Shown one piece after another: positions 42,008 to 50,258 of a DNA stretch of 64,000 nucleotides. The notes under the pieces are model-generated. The model saw only the letters and a list, made by a program, of their open reading frames with translations. It was not told the DNA's origin and did no database searches. The DNA is taken from the NCBI GenBank assembly GCA_963751275.1, contig CAVVTZ010000007.1, forward strand, positions 320,001 through 384,000, in the 5' to 3' direction. Each line of letters starts with the position of its first letter. The first letter of the stretch is position 1. This stretch comes from an uncultured Gemmatimonadaceae bacterium (GTDB lineage: Bacteria; Gemmatimonadota; Gemmatimonadetes; Gemmatimonadales; Gemmatimonadaceae). The position numbers and the translations under genes are program-made.

Positions 42008-45000
42008 TCAATGGAAGTCGTGCCCGCGCCATCCCTCCAGCGACACGCCGGGCTTCAGCTCGCGGAAGGTCTCGCCGCGCAGGTTCACCACGCCTTGCTC
42101 CACCTGCAGCGTGCCGCGCACGAGGATGAGCGGCGCGCGCGAGATCGATCAGCGCCTGCCGCTCGAACCGCTTGGGCGTGACGACGACATTCACCAGTCC
42201 CGTCTCATCCTCCAGCGTGAGGAAGACGAATCCCTTCGCGGTGCCCGGCCGCTGGCGGCAGATGACGAGCCCGGCCGTCCCCACTCCGCGCGTGGCATCG
42301 GGGAGCGCGAGCACTTCGCGCGCGCTCAGCACGCCGTTCTCGCGGAGCAGCGCGCGCAAATGCGCCAGCGGATGCCCGTTCAGCGAGAGCCCGGTCATGC
42401 GATAATCGGCGGCCGTGATCTCGGCGTCGCTCATCGCCGCCACCGGCGGCGGCACGTCGAGCGAATAGCGGCCCGGCGCGAGCGGCCCCGCATCGCCGCG
42501 CTCGGCCTCGAGCATCCGCCAGAGTGCCGCACGCCGCCGCCGCGCGTTCGGTTCATCCGGCACGAAACAGTCGAGGGCGCCGCTCTCCGCCAGCGAGCGG
42601 AGCGCGCCGCGGTCCAGACCCGAGCGTCCGAGCAGATCGCCAATGGAGAGAAATGGACCGCCGGCTTCTATCGCCCCTCTTAATCGTTCGCGCGCGCGGC
42701 TGCCGAGGCCCCTGACGAGGTGCACGCCCAAGCGGACCGATGGAACTCGGGAGTCGGGAGTCGGGAATCGGGGAGGAATAACAACATTTGTTTTCATACC
42801 TTCCCGACTCCCGACTCCCGACTCCCGAACGGCGTTCTCAAGCTTTGTCTCAAACCCCGACACGGTAGCGTCCACCGGCAAGACCTCCACGCCATGCCGC
42901 CGTGCGTCCTCGATCAGCGTGCCCACCGAGTAGAACCCCATCGGCTGCGCGTTCAGGATCGCCGCGGTGTACTCCGGCGCGTAGTAGTGCTTGAGATACG
43001 CGCTCGCGTACACGAGCAGCGCGAAGCTCGCGGCGTGCGATTCGGGGAATCCGTAATCCGCGAAGGCGTTGATCTGGTTGAAGATCCGGAGCGCGACATC
43101 CGGGGCGATGCCGTTGCGCTGCATGCCGTCGAGCATCTTCCGCGCGATCGCCTCCATCCGCTCGTGGCTGCGCTTGTGCCCCATCGCGCGGCGCAGCACG
43201 TCCGCCTCGCTCGCGGTGAAGCCCGCCGCGGTGATCGCCACCTGCATCCCCTGCTCCTGGAAGAGCGGCACGCCGAGCGTGCGCTTGAGAATGGGCTCGA
43301 GCGACGGATGCGGATACGTCACCGGTTCCACGCCCGCGCGCCGCCGGAGATACGGATGCACCATCTCGCCCCTGGATCGGCCCGGGACGGATCAGCGCTA
43401 CCTCCACCACGAGATCGTAGAAGCAGCGCGGCTTGAGCCGCGGCAGCGTGTTCATCTGCGCGCGGCTCTCCACCTGGAAGATCCCCACGGTGTCGGCTTT
43501 CCCGAGATCGTCGTACACCGCCTGGTCGGTGCAGTCGAGGTCCGAGAGTTCGAGCGTCACGCCGCGCGTGCGGCGGATGTACAGCAGGCAATCCTGGATC
43601 AGCGTGAGCATCCCGAGCCCGAGCAGGTCGATCTTCACGAGCCCCATCGTCGCGGTGTCGTCCTTCTCCCACTGGATGACGGTGCGGTCCGCCATCGACG
43701 CCGGCTCGATCGGCACGATGGTGCCGAGCGGCTCCTCGGTGAGCACGAATCCGCCGACGTGGATGGACCGGTGTCTTGGCACGTGATGCAATCCGCGCAC
43801 GATGGAGGCGACGAGATCAAGGACAGCTTTAGGCGCCAGGTGCTCGGCGTCAGCCGGCGGGACGACGACCGCGGCGAGCGAGGACTCCTCTCTCTCCTTC
43901 GCTTCCATCGCGTTCAATCGCGTCTTCACCTCGGTACCTGTGACGAGATGCCCGCCGATGCGCTCGGCTTCCGCGCGCTGTGTCGTGCCTAGCGCCTGCT
44001 CCTCCAGCCCCTCCGCCGTCGCCTTCGCGCTGAACCGGTCCGCGGTGAGCGCCAGTTCATCCGCCTGCTCGACCGAGAGTCCCAGCACGCGGCACGCATC
44101 GCGGATCGCCGAGCGCCCGCGGTAGCTGATCTGCTCGCACACCATCGCGGCGTGATCGCGGCCGTAGCGCGCGTACACGTACTGCAGCACCTGCTCGCGG
44201 TCGCGGTGCGCGAAGTCGATGTCGATGTCGGGCGCTTCCTGCCGCTCCTCGCTCAAGAACCGCTCGAAGAGCAATCCCAGGCGGATCGGGTCCACCGCGG
44301 TGATGCCGAGGCAGAAGCACACCGCGGAATTCGCCGCCGAGCCGCGCCCTTGGCAGAGCACGCCGGCGCGGCGCGAGAAGCGCACGATGTCCCACACGAT
44401 CAGGAAATATCCGGCGAGGCCGAGCTTGCCGATGATCGCGAGTTCGTGCGCGAGCTGGCGGTCGTGCGCCGGCGTGCGCGCGCGTCCCCAACGTTCATGC
44501 GCGCCCTGCTCCACGAGCCGCGCGAGGTATTCGTCGGCGTCCACCGCCGGCGGCAGCGGGAATTTCGGGAGCGTGGGCGTGAGCTGGTCCATGCGCCACG
44601 CGCAGCGCTCCGCGATCGCGCGCGTGGCGCGCACGCCCTCGGGGCGCTGCTGCCAACGCCGCGCGATCTGCGACGGCGCCTTGAGGTACCACTCGCCGTT
44701 GGGGCGCGCGCGCGTGCCCATCTCGGCCAGCGTGCGCTGGTGGCGCAGCGCGCTGAGCACGTCGTGCACGATGCGCGCGGCGGGATCGGCGTAGTGCACG
44801 TCGTTCGTGACCACCCACGGGATCGACAGCGCGCGCGCGATGTCGATGAGCGGCCCGATGAGCGCGCGTTCTTCCTCGAGCCCGTGGTCCCAGCATTCGA
44901 TGGCCACGCGGCCGCCGAAGATGTCCACGAGCGTGGCGGCGGCCTCGCACGCTTCATGCTCGCGCCCGCGCGCGACGAGCCGCGGCACCCAGCCGCGCGC

Positions 45001-45391
45001 GCAGCCGGTGAGCGCGAACAATCCGCGCGCGTGCTGCGCGAGCACATCGAGCGGCACCGCCGGCTTCCCGCGCGATCGCTCCATGCGGGCTTTGGTGATG
45101 AGCATGGAGAGATTGCCGTAGCCTTCGCGGTCCTCGGCGAGCAAGACCGAGATGCGTGGCGCCCGGCACCTCCACCGTGAGTTCGGCGCCCACGATGCCG
45201 TCGATCCCCGCTTCCGCCGCCGCCTGCGCGAACGCGACGATCCCGCCGAGCTCGTCGTGGTCGGTGAGCGCGAGCGCGCGGTAGCCGAGCGTCTGCGCGC
45301 GCGCGACGAGCGTTTCGGGGGGCGACGCACCGTCGAGCAGCGAGAACGCGGAGTGGCAGTGGAGTTCGACGTAGTCGCTCAGTCGTACCAC
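42008..45391 (-). CDS. dnaE2: Error-prone DNA polymerase DnaE2/ImuC (frameshifts near 45150, 43370, 42150)
   Basis: YVELHCHSAFS, LTDHD, GRGSAANS, PDIDIDF, SIHVGG, KIDLLGLGML, YGFPESHA, RQRPGTAKG, C-terminal GHDFH (SRDFH-type). Confidence 0.95.
42746..42830. repeat. Intragenic palindrome of TCGGGAG heptamers inside dnaE2
   Basis: tcgggagtcgggagtcgggaa (42747-42767) and its reverse complement (42801-42821) around an AT-rich spacer. Confidence 0.85.
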
Positions 45392-47013
45392 CCCTGCACG
45401 AACCACTTTCCCCCTTCGGCGTACATGAGCAGCTCGCCGCGCGCGGACGCGCCGCGCCAGTAATCGCGCCGGTACGGATCGCTCCACCAGTCGCCGCTCA
45501 GCCGCTCGGGCCCCGCCGCGCTCGTGAGCGCAATGCGTTCTCCGCGCCACCACACGCCGCACGGCCGCCCATCGCCGAACTCCACATCGATCTCCTCGGG
45601 TACCTCGAGCAGCCGCAGCGCGGGGGCATCATCGCCGTACGCCGCATTCGTGGCCGGCTCGCGCACCGCCGCGGCACGCGGCGCGAGACTCTGTTCCTCC
45701 GTCCATCCGCCCGCGCGCTCGGGCGCGTGCGCGTCGCGCTCCACCGGCCGCACGACGGTGTCCGGCCCGAGCTCCGCGCGCAGCCGCGCAAGCGCGGCAT
45801 CGGCCGCCGCGGGATCGTGCCATCGCTGCACGAGCAGGTCGCCCTGCGCCGCGGACGCCGGCGCGGTGGCCGCCACGGCGACGGTGACGCCGCACACCGC
45901 GGCATCGAGCGGCCAGCGCGCGAGCAGCGCGCGGCAGTGGTCGAACAGCGGCGCCGCGCGCGCGACGGCGCGCGGGAAGCGCACTTCGCGGGTGACGGTG
46001 TGCACCGCCGCACCGGCGATACGCAAGGGCATCGCGCCGCGCGCATCGTCCAGCGAGAGGGTGATCGCGAGCGCGGCGGCGGCGCGCCCCTCGCGCGCGA
46101 GCGCCGGCGCGAGCCGCTCGAGCGCGGCGCGCACCAGGAACAGGATGGGCTCCATCGTCTCCGCGGGCGACGCGAGCTCCGCGCTCACCGCGTGGCGCGC
46201 GGCCGGCACGGCGAGCACGGGGCGGCGCGCATCCTCGCCGCGCGCGAAGCGCCACGCCGCCAGGCCGGCCGCGCCCCACCGGCGCTCGACATCCTCCGCC
46301 GACAGGCCGGCGAGCGCGCCCGCGGTGCGGATCCCGAGCGCGCCGAGCGCGGCGCGCATCTCGCTCTCCACCGGGATGAGCGCGAGCGGGGCGGGGGCGA
46401 GGTACGCCGCGTCGCCGCCGGCGGGCACGATGTGCGCGGCGGTGCCGCGCGTGCTCCACGTCGCGGCGCGGGCCGTCACGCATGAGTCCGCGATCGCGAC
46501 GCGCGCGCGCGGGTGCCAGGCGCGCGCGAGCGCGAGCAGGTCGCGCGCGAGCGGCTGCTCGTCCAGCCCGCCCGCGCCGATCCACCAGAGCCCGGGCTCG
46601 CCCGCGGCCGGTGTCACCTGCGGACTCGCGGTGAGGAAGCGCGCGGTGGTCTCGGTGAGCGCGCGCGCGATCGCGGGCGCGTCCCAGTCGATCACGTCGA
46701 GCCCCGCGCACCGCCCGCGCGCGGCCGGCACGGTCATCCCCATGCGCACGCCCGCGCGCGCGGCGGCGCCGGACACCGCGCGGAGCCGCGTCCCCTCCAC
46801 CAGCGCCACCGGCTGCTCATCCCACGGCGGCGGGAACGTGCGGCGTTCGTTTTCGCGCGTGCCGGACGGGAGCGGCGTGGGCGGCGACAGCGCCAGCGCG
46901 AACTGCGGCGGCGCTTTCGCCTCCGCGTTCGTCCGCCGCTCGCGGTCGCGCCACACCGCGGCGATCGGGAACCTCGGGATGCGCACACACGCGATGCGCC
47001 AGAGTGCGCTCAT
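45379..47013 (-). CDS. imuB: ImuB, catalytically inactive Y-family polymerase homologue
   Basis: GGAGGTGGAG RBS; AARAGVRMGMTVPAARGRC, LGIRTAGALA, QGDLL clamp-motif-like, GPERLSGDWW...RDYW...GWYD; lacks the N-terminal catalytic Asp (reads ACVRIPRF). Confidence 0.88.
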   Translation of the reverse strand: MSALWRIACVRIPRFPIAAVWRDRERRTNAEAKAPPQFALALSPPTPLPSGTRENERRTFPPPWDEQPVALVEGTRLRAVSGAAARAGVRMGMTVPAARGRCAGLDVIDWDAPAIARALTETTARFLTASPQVTPAAGEPGLWWIGAGGLDEQPLARDLLALARAWHPRARVAIADSCVTARAATWSTRGTAAHIVPAGGDAAYLAPAPLALIPVESEMRAALGALGIRTAGALAGLSAEDVERRWGAAGLAAWRFARGEDARRPVLAVPAARHAVSAELASPAETMEPILFLVRAALERLAPALAREGRAAAALAITLSLDDARGAMPLRIAGAAVHTVTREVRFPRAVARAAPLFDHCRALLARWPLDAAVCGVTVAVAATAPASAAQGDLLVQRWHDPAAADAALARLRAELGPDTVVRPVERDAHAPERAGGWTEEQSLAPRAAAVREPATNAAYGDDAPALRLLEVPEEIDVEFGDGRPCGVWWRGERIALTSAAGPERLSGDWWSDPYRRDYWRGASARGELLMYAEGGKWFVQGWYD

Positions 47014-47680
47014 GCTCCACCTCCACCGTTGTCCGGCGTCCGCCCTTCTCGACCGTGATGCGATCCACCCGTTTCGACCGCGCGACGCGCAGCCGCAGCG
47101 CGCCGCCGAGCGCGGCCGCCGCGGCGTCATCATCCGCGGCCACCACGAACGCACTCCCGCCATCGCGCGCGAGCCGCGCGAGCCGCACCGCCACCGCACT
47201 CGTGAGCGGCGGCGCGCCATCCAGCACCACCAGCGCGAACGCTCCCGAGCGGAGCAGCAGTTCCGCGCACCACGCGGCGCGCGGCCGCCCGCGCGGCGGG
47301 CGGACCATCCAGAGCGCCGGCGAACTGCCGGCCCCGCCGTGCTCTGCGCGCGCGGCCGCCGCCCAGTCGCGCGGCGCCAGCGTGCGCGCGGCATCCACGT
47401 ACGCCACCCAGAGCCCGCGCGCGATCGTCGCGCGCACCAGCTGCCGCAGCAGCGTCGTCTTCCCGGCGCCGCGCGCCCCCAGCAGTTCGGTGAGCCGCCC
47501 GCACGGGATGCCGCCGCGCGTGAGCGCCGCGTCCAGCGCCGCGACGCCCGTCGCCAGCGCGCGCACTTCGGCGTGCGGCGCCTCCGTGACCGCGGCCAAC
47601 CGCTGGCGCAGCGCGGCCAGCGAGGCCGGCCGCGCCGCCTCCGTCACGCGCTCGACGCGCGCCACCGCCGCCGCCGTCAT
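46817..47680 (-). CDS. imuA: ImuA / RecA-like protein
   Basis: LATGVAALDAAL..GGIPCGRLTELLGARGAGKTT, AYVD, ELLLRSGAFALVVLD; located between radical SAM and imuB. Confidence 0.82.
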   Translation of the reverse strand: MTAAAVARVERVTEAARPASLAALRQRLAAVTEAPHAEVRALATGVAALDAALTRGGIPCGRLTELLGARGAGKTTLLRQLVRATIARGLWVAYVDAARTLAPRDWAAAARAEHGGAGSSPALWMVRPPRGRPRAAWCAELLLRSGAFALVVLDGAPPLTSAVAVRLARLARDGGSAFVVAADDDAAAAALGGALRLRVARSKRVDRITVEKGGRRTTVEVEHERTLAHRVCAHPEVPDRRGVARPRAADERGGESAAAVRAGAVAAHAAPVRHARKRTPHVPAAVG

Positions 47681-48759
47681 AGGGGGAACGCGAGCTGCGG
47701 ATCGGGCGCCGCCGGCGCGTCGTCCTCGACTTCGTCTTCCGCGCGCTCGCTCGCGCTGAGCCCGTACTTCCGGCAGAGCCCGTGCACGTAGCGCGAGAGC
47801 CCCTCGCGGTAGCGCGTGCTGACATCCGTGCTGTGCGCGTACGCCGCCTCGTAGCGCGCGGCGAGATGCGGGAACTCCTCCGCGATGAACGGGAGGTACC
47901 GCTTCCGCGCCTCGTGCTGCAGCCGCAGCGCGCACACGCCCACGCGCTGCACGCCGGCATCCGCCGCCGCGCGCACGAGATCGTCGAGCATGTCCGGGCC
48001 GTCGGTGATCCCCGGCAGCACCGGCATGATGTTCACGCCCGCGTCCACGCCCGCTTCATTCAGCCGGCGCAGCGCGCGCAGCCGCGCGTCCGGCGTGGGC
48101 GCGCGCGGCTCGAGCCGGCGCGCGAGCGCACGGTTCAGCGTGATCAGCGAGATCCGCACCGAGAGCGACGACCGCCGCGCGATGCGCGCGAGCAGGTCCA
48201 CGTCGCGCGTCACCAGCGGGCTCTTCGTGATGATCCCGATGCGCAGCCCCGGATGCGACGCGAGCACCTCCAGGATGCCGCGCGTCACCCGGTAGCGGCG
48301 CTCGGCGGGCTGGTACGGATCCGTCGCCGTGCCGATGAGGATCATCTCCCCCTTGAGCAGCGAGAGATGCCGGTCGCTCCCCTGGCGCAGCGCGCGCGCG
48401 AGCACGGTGGGCGCGTTGCGCTTCACCACGATGTGGCGCTCGAAGGCGAGCCACGGCGGCAGGTCCGCGATCGATGCGGCTGACTGCTCCGGCAGCGTGC
48501 CCGCGGTGACCGCGCGCTCCATCACGTAGCGGTGCGCGTAGCGCGCGTAGCAGTACGCGCAGCCGAAGGCGCAGCCGGTGTACGGATTCACCGACCAGTA
48601 CGCCATGCCGGTCATGCGCGTGTCGTTGAGGACGCTCGCGGCGACGGAGTCGTAGTACGTGATGTCGCGCTGCTGGCCGAGCACGTCGAGACTGCCGCGC
48701 ATCGGCCATCGACCATCGGTCATCGGGAACTGCGGTTCGGAGCGGGAGGCTTTGGACAT
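47677..48759 (-). CDS. Radical SAM protein, SPL-like / Rv2578c-like DNA-repair-associated family
   Basis: SVNPYTGCAFGCAYCYAR (CxxxCxxC), GTATDPYQPAE, ITKS, LEPRAP, MPVLPGITD. Confidence 0.9.
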   Translation of the reverse strand: MSKASRSEPQFPMTDGRWPMRGSLDVLGQQRDITYYDSVAASVLNDTRMTGMAYWSVNPYTGCAFGCAYCYARYAHRYVMERAVTAGTLPEQSAASIADLPPWLAFERHIVVKRNAPTVLARALRQGSDRHLSLLKGEMILIGTATDPYQPAERRYRVTRGILEVLASHPGLRIGIITKSPLVTRDVDLLARIARRSSLSVRISLITLNRALARRLEPRAPTPDARLRALRRLNEAGVDAGVNIMPVLPGITDGPDMLDDLVRAAADAGVQRVGVCALRLQHEARKRYLPFIAEEFPHLAARYEAAYAHSTDVSTRYREGLSRYVHGLCRKYGLSASERAEDEVEDDAPAAPDPQLAFPL

Positions 48760-48791
48760 TGCGGGACTCGGTGATTCAGCGGGGGGTGGAG

Positions 48792-48820
48792 ATGATGCCG
48801 AATAAACACCGAAATAGCAA
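48792..48820 (-). promoter_or_regulatory. Sigma70-type promoter (TTGCTA-N17-CATCAT) with TTCGG-N6-TTCGG direct repeat in the spacer
   Basis: Minus strand reads TTGCTA tttcggtgtttattcgg CATCAT, 32 nt upstream of the radical SAM ATG. Confidence 0.6.
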
Positions 48821-48963
48821 GACGCAACGTAAAACGTTCAATCCATTGTCGTTACATCGATGACGGGTGGCCGATGGCTGATCGCCCAGCCGGCCGGCGT
48901 TGACTGGGAAACCGGCAACGGTAACGTGGAACGTCTCGTGGAACCCTCAGCGATGGAGGCTCT

Positions 48964-49571
48964 GTGGACTCGAAGAACTTGCGGATGATCGCGCTGGTGG
49001 CCGTCGTCGCGGTGCTCGGCGTGTTCGTGTACCGGGGCATGGGCGCACGGAACAACGTCCCTGGGAAGAACCACGTTGCGCTGCAGCTCCAGTGCACCGT
49101 GCCGTCCGCGTTCAACAGCGCGATGGGGCACACGCAGTCGCTGCACGACAAGGCGGGCGCCGTTGCGGTGCAGCTCGCGAGCATCGCGCCCAACGGCGCG
49201 CTCGCCAAATGGACGGCGCCGCAGGATTTCGATCCGGGGGATCACGGCCAGTTGGTCGCGTTCATCTGCGCCACCGAGCCGTACCCGAAGCTCGACCTCG
49301 CGGGCGGGAGCGCCGGCAACGAACTCTGGCTGCGCCACACGGGGAAGGGCGATACGCCCGCCGACTGGCAGGCGTACCTCCATCCACGTGGGCAGCACCA
49401 CCTATCCAGCAGCTCACCGTCTTCCGGCGCGACACGAGCGACGACGCGAAGCTGCATCCACCCGGCCACGCACAATGGGTGGACGGCGATGAGAACATCT
49501 GGGTGAGCTGCGGACGCGGCTGCTGCTACGTCACCGGCGGCGGCGGCCCCGACACCACGAAGACCACGTAG
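48964..49571 (+). CDS. Exported/membrane-anchored protein with C-terminal DENIWVSCGRGCC motif (frameshift near 49392)
   Basis: GGAGG RBS; N-terminal hydrophobic helix; ORF 48964 joins the end of ORF 48900..49571 if one G is added to the run at 49390-49392. Confidence 0.75.
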
Positions 49572-49575
49572 CGCG

Positions 49576-50220
49576 CTAGAGCGCCACGGGCGCGACCCAG
49601 CAGCAGCGGCGGCCGCACGCGACCCAGATCGTCTCGTCCTTGTCGGACCAGATCCAGCGCGCGGTCGCGAGCGGATAGTCGGACTCATCCTCGTGCGTCG
49701 TGGCGTGCACGGCGAGACGGGTGACCGGCGAGCCGTCGAGCGGCACCATCACGGCGGTCCCGACCTCGGCGCCTTCGGGCACGGACACGATCAGGATGTT
49801 CTTGCCGGCGCGCAGTCCGAGCTTGGGATACGCGGAGTCGATCGCGATGACCGCGAGCGGCAGGCCATGCGCGAGATCCTTGTCCGTCGCGGCGGTGATC
49901 GACGACATGCCGTAGTACCCGCGCAGCGGCGTGATCGTGGCCTTGGGTCCGTACGCCAACCGCCCGCTCGAATCCATCACCGCGAGGCGCTGCTCGTCGC
50001 CGGTGCCGTGGCGCGTGTCGGCGTTGCCGGACACGGCGTGCGCGCACGCGCTGAGCGCGGACGCCTCGGCGGTCTTGAGGTCGGGCGTCACGCGGCACGG
50101 TTCGCCCGGATCGCCGCCAATGTAGTGGGCGCAGCCGGCCGCGGAGAGCGCGACGGCCACGAACTGGAGCGCGGTGCGGGCGCGGCGGGCGGGCGATGCG
50201 GACGCGATTGGGGAGCGCAT
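49576..50220 (-). CDS. Lipoprotein with C-terminal DETIWVACGRRCC motif (paralogue of 48964..49571)
   Basis: GAGG RBS; lipobox AAGC; shared YPKL, GxN and W...DExIWVxCGRxCC motifs. Confidence 0.8.
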   Translation of the reverse strand: MRSPIASASPARRARTALQFVAVALSAAGCAHYIGGDPGEPCRVTPDLKTAEASALSACAHAVSGNADTRHGTGDEQRLAVMDSSGRLAYGPKATITPLRGYYGMSSITAATDKDLAHGLPLAVIAIDSAYPKLGLRAGKNILIVSVPEGAEVGTAVMVPLDGSPVTRLAVHATTHEDESDYPLATARWIWSDKDETIWVACGRRCCWVAPVAL

Positions 50221-50258
50221 GGCGGTGGCCTCGGGATGGAGTGCGATGAGCGGAGCGG

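Noticed and set aside
42740..44000. Inteins in DnaE2
   Set aside because: Both insertions are too short and lack the N-terminal Cys/Ser block and C-terminal His-Asn motif.
45380..45382. CTG start for dnaE2 overlapping the imuB stop
   Set aside because: An in-frame GTG exists at 45391, so a non-canonical start is not required.
48964..50220. Cys-rich small proteins as RiPP substrates of the neighbouring radical SAM enzyme
   Set aside because: The radical SAM is SPL-like with no SPASM/RRE domain and belongs to the imu operon; the proteins are about 200 aa and exported.
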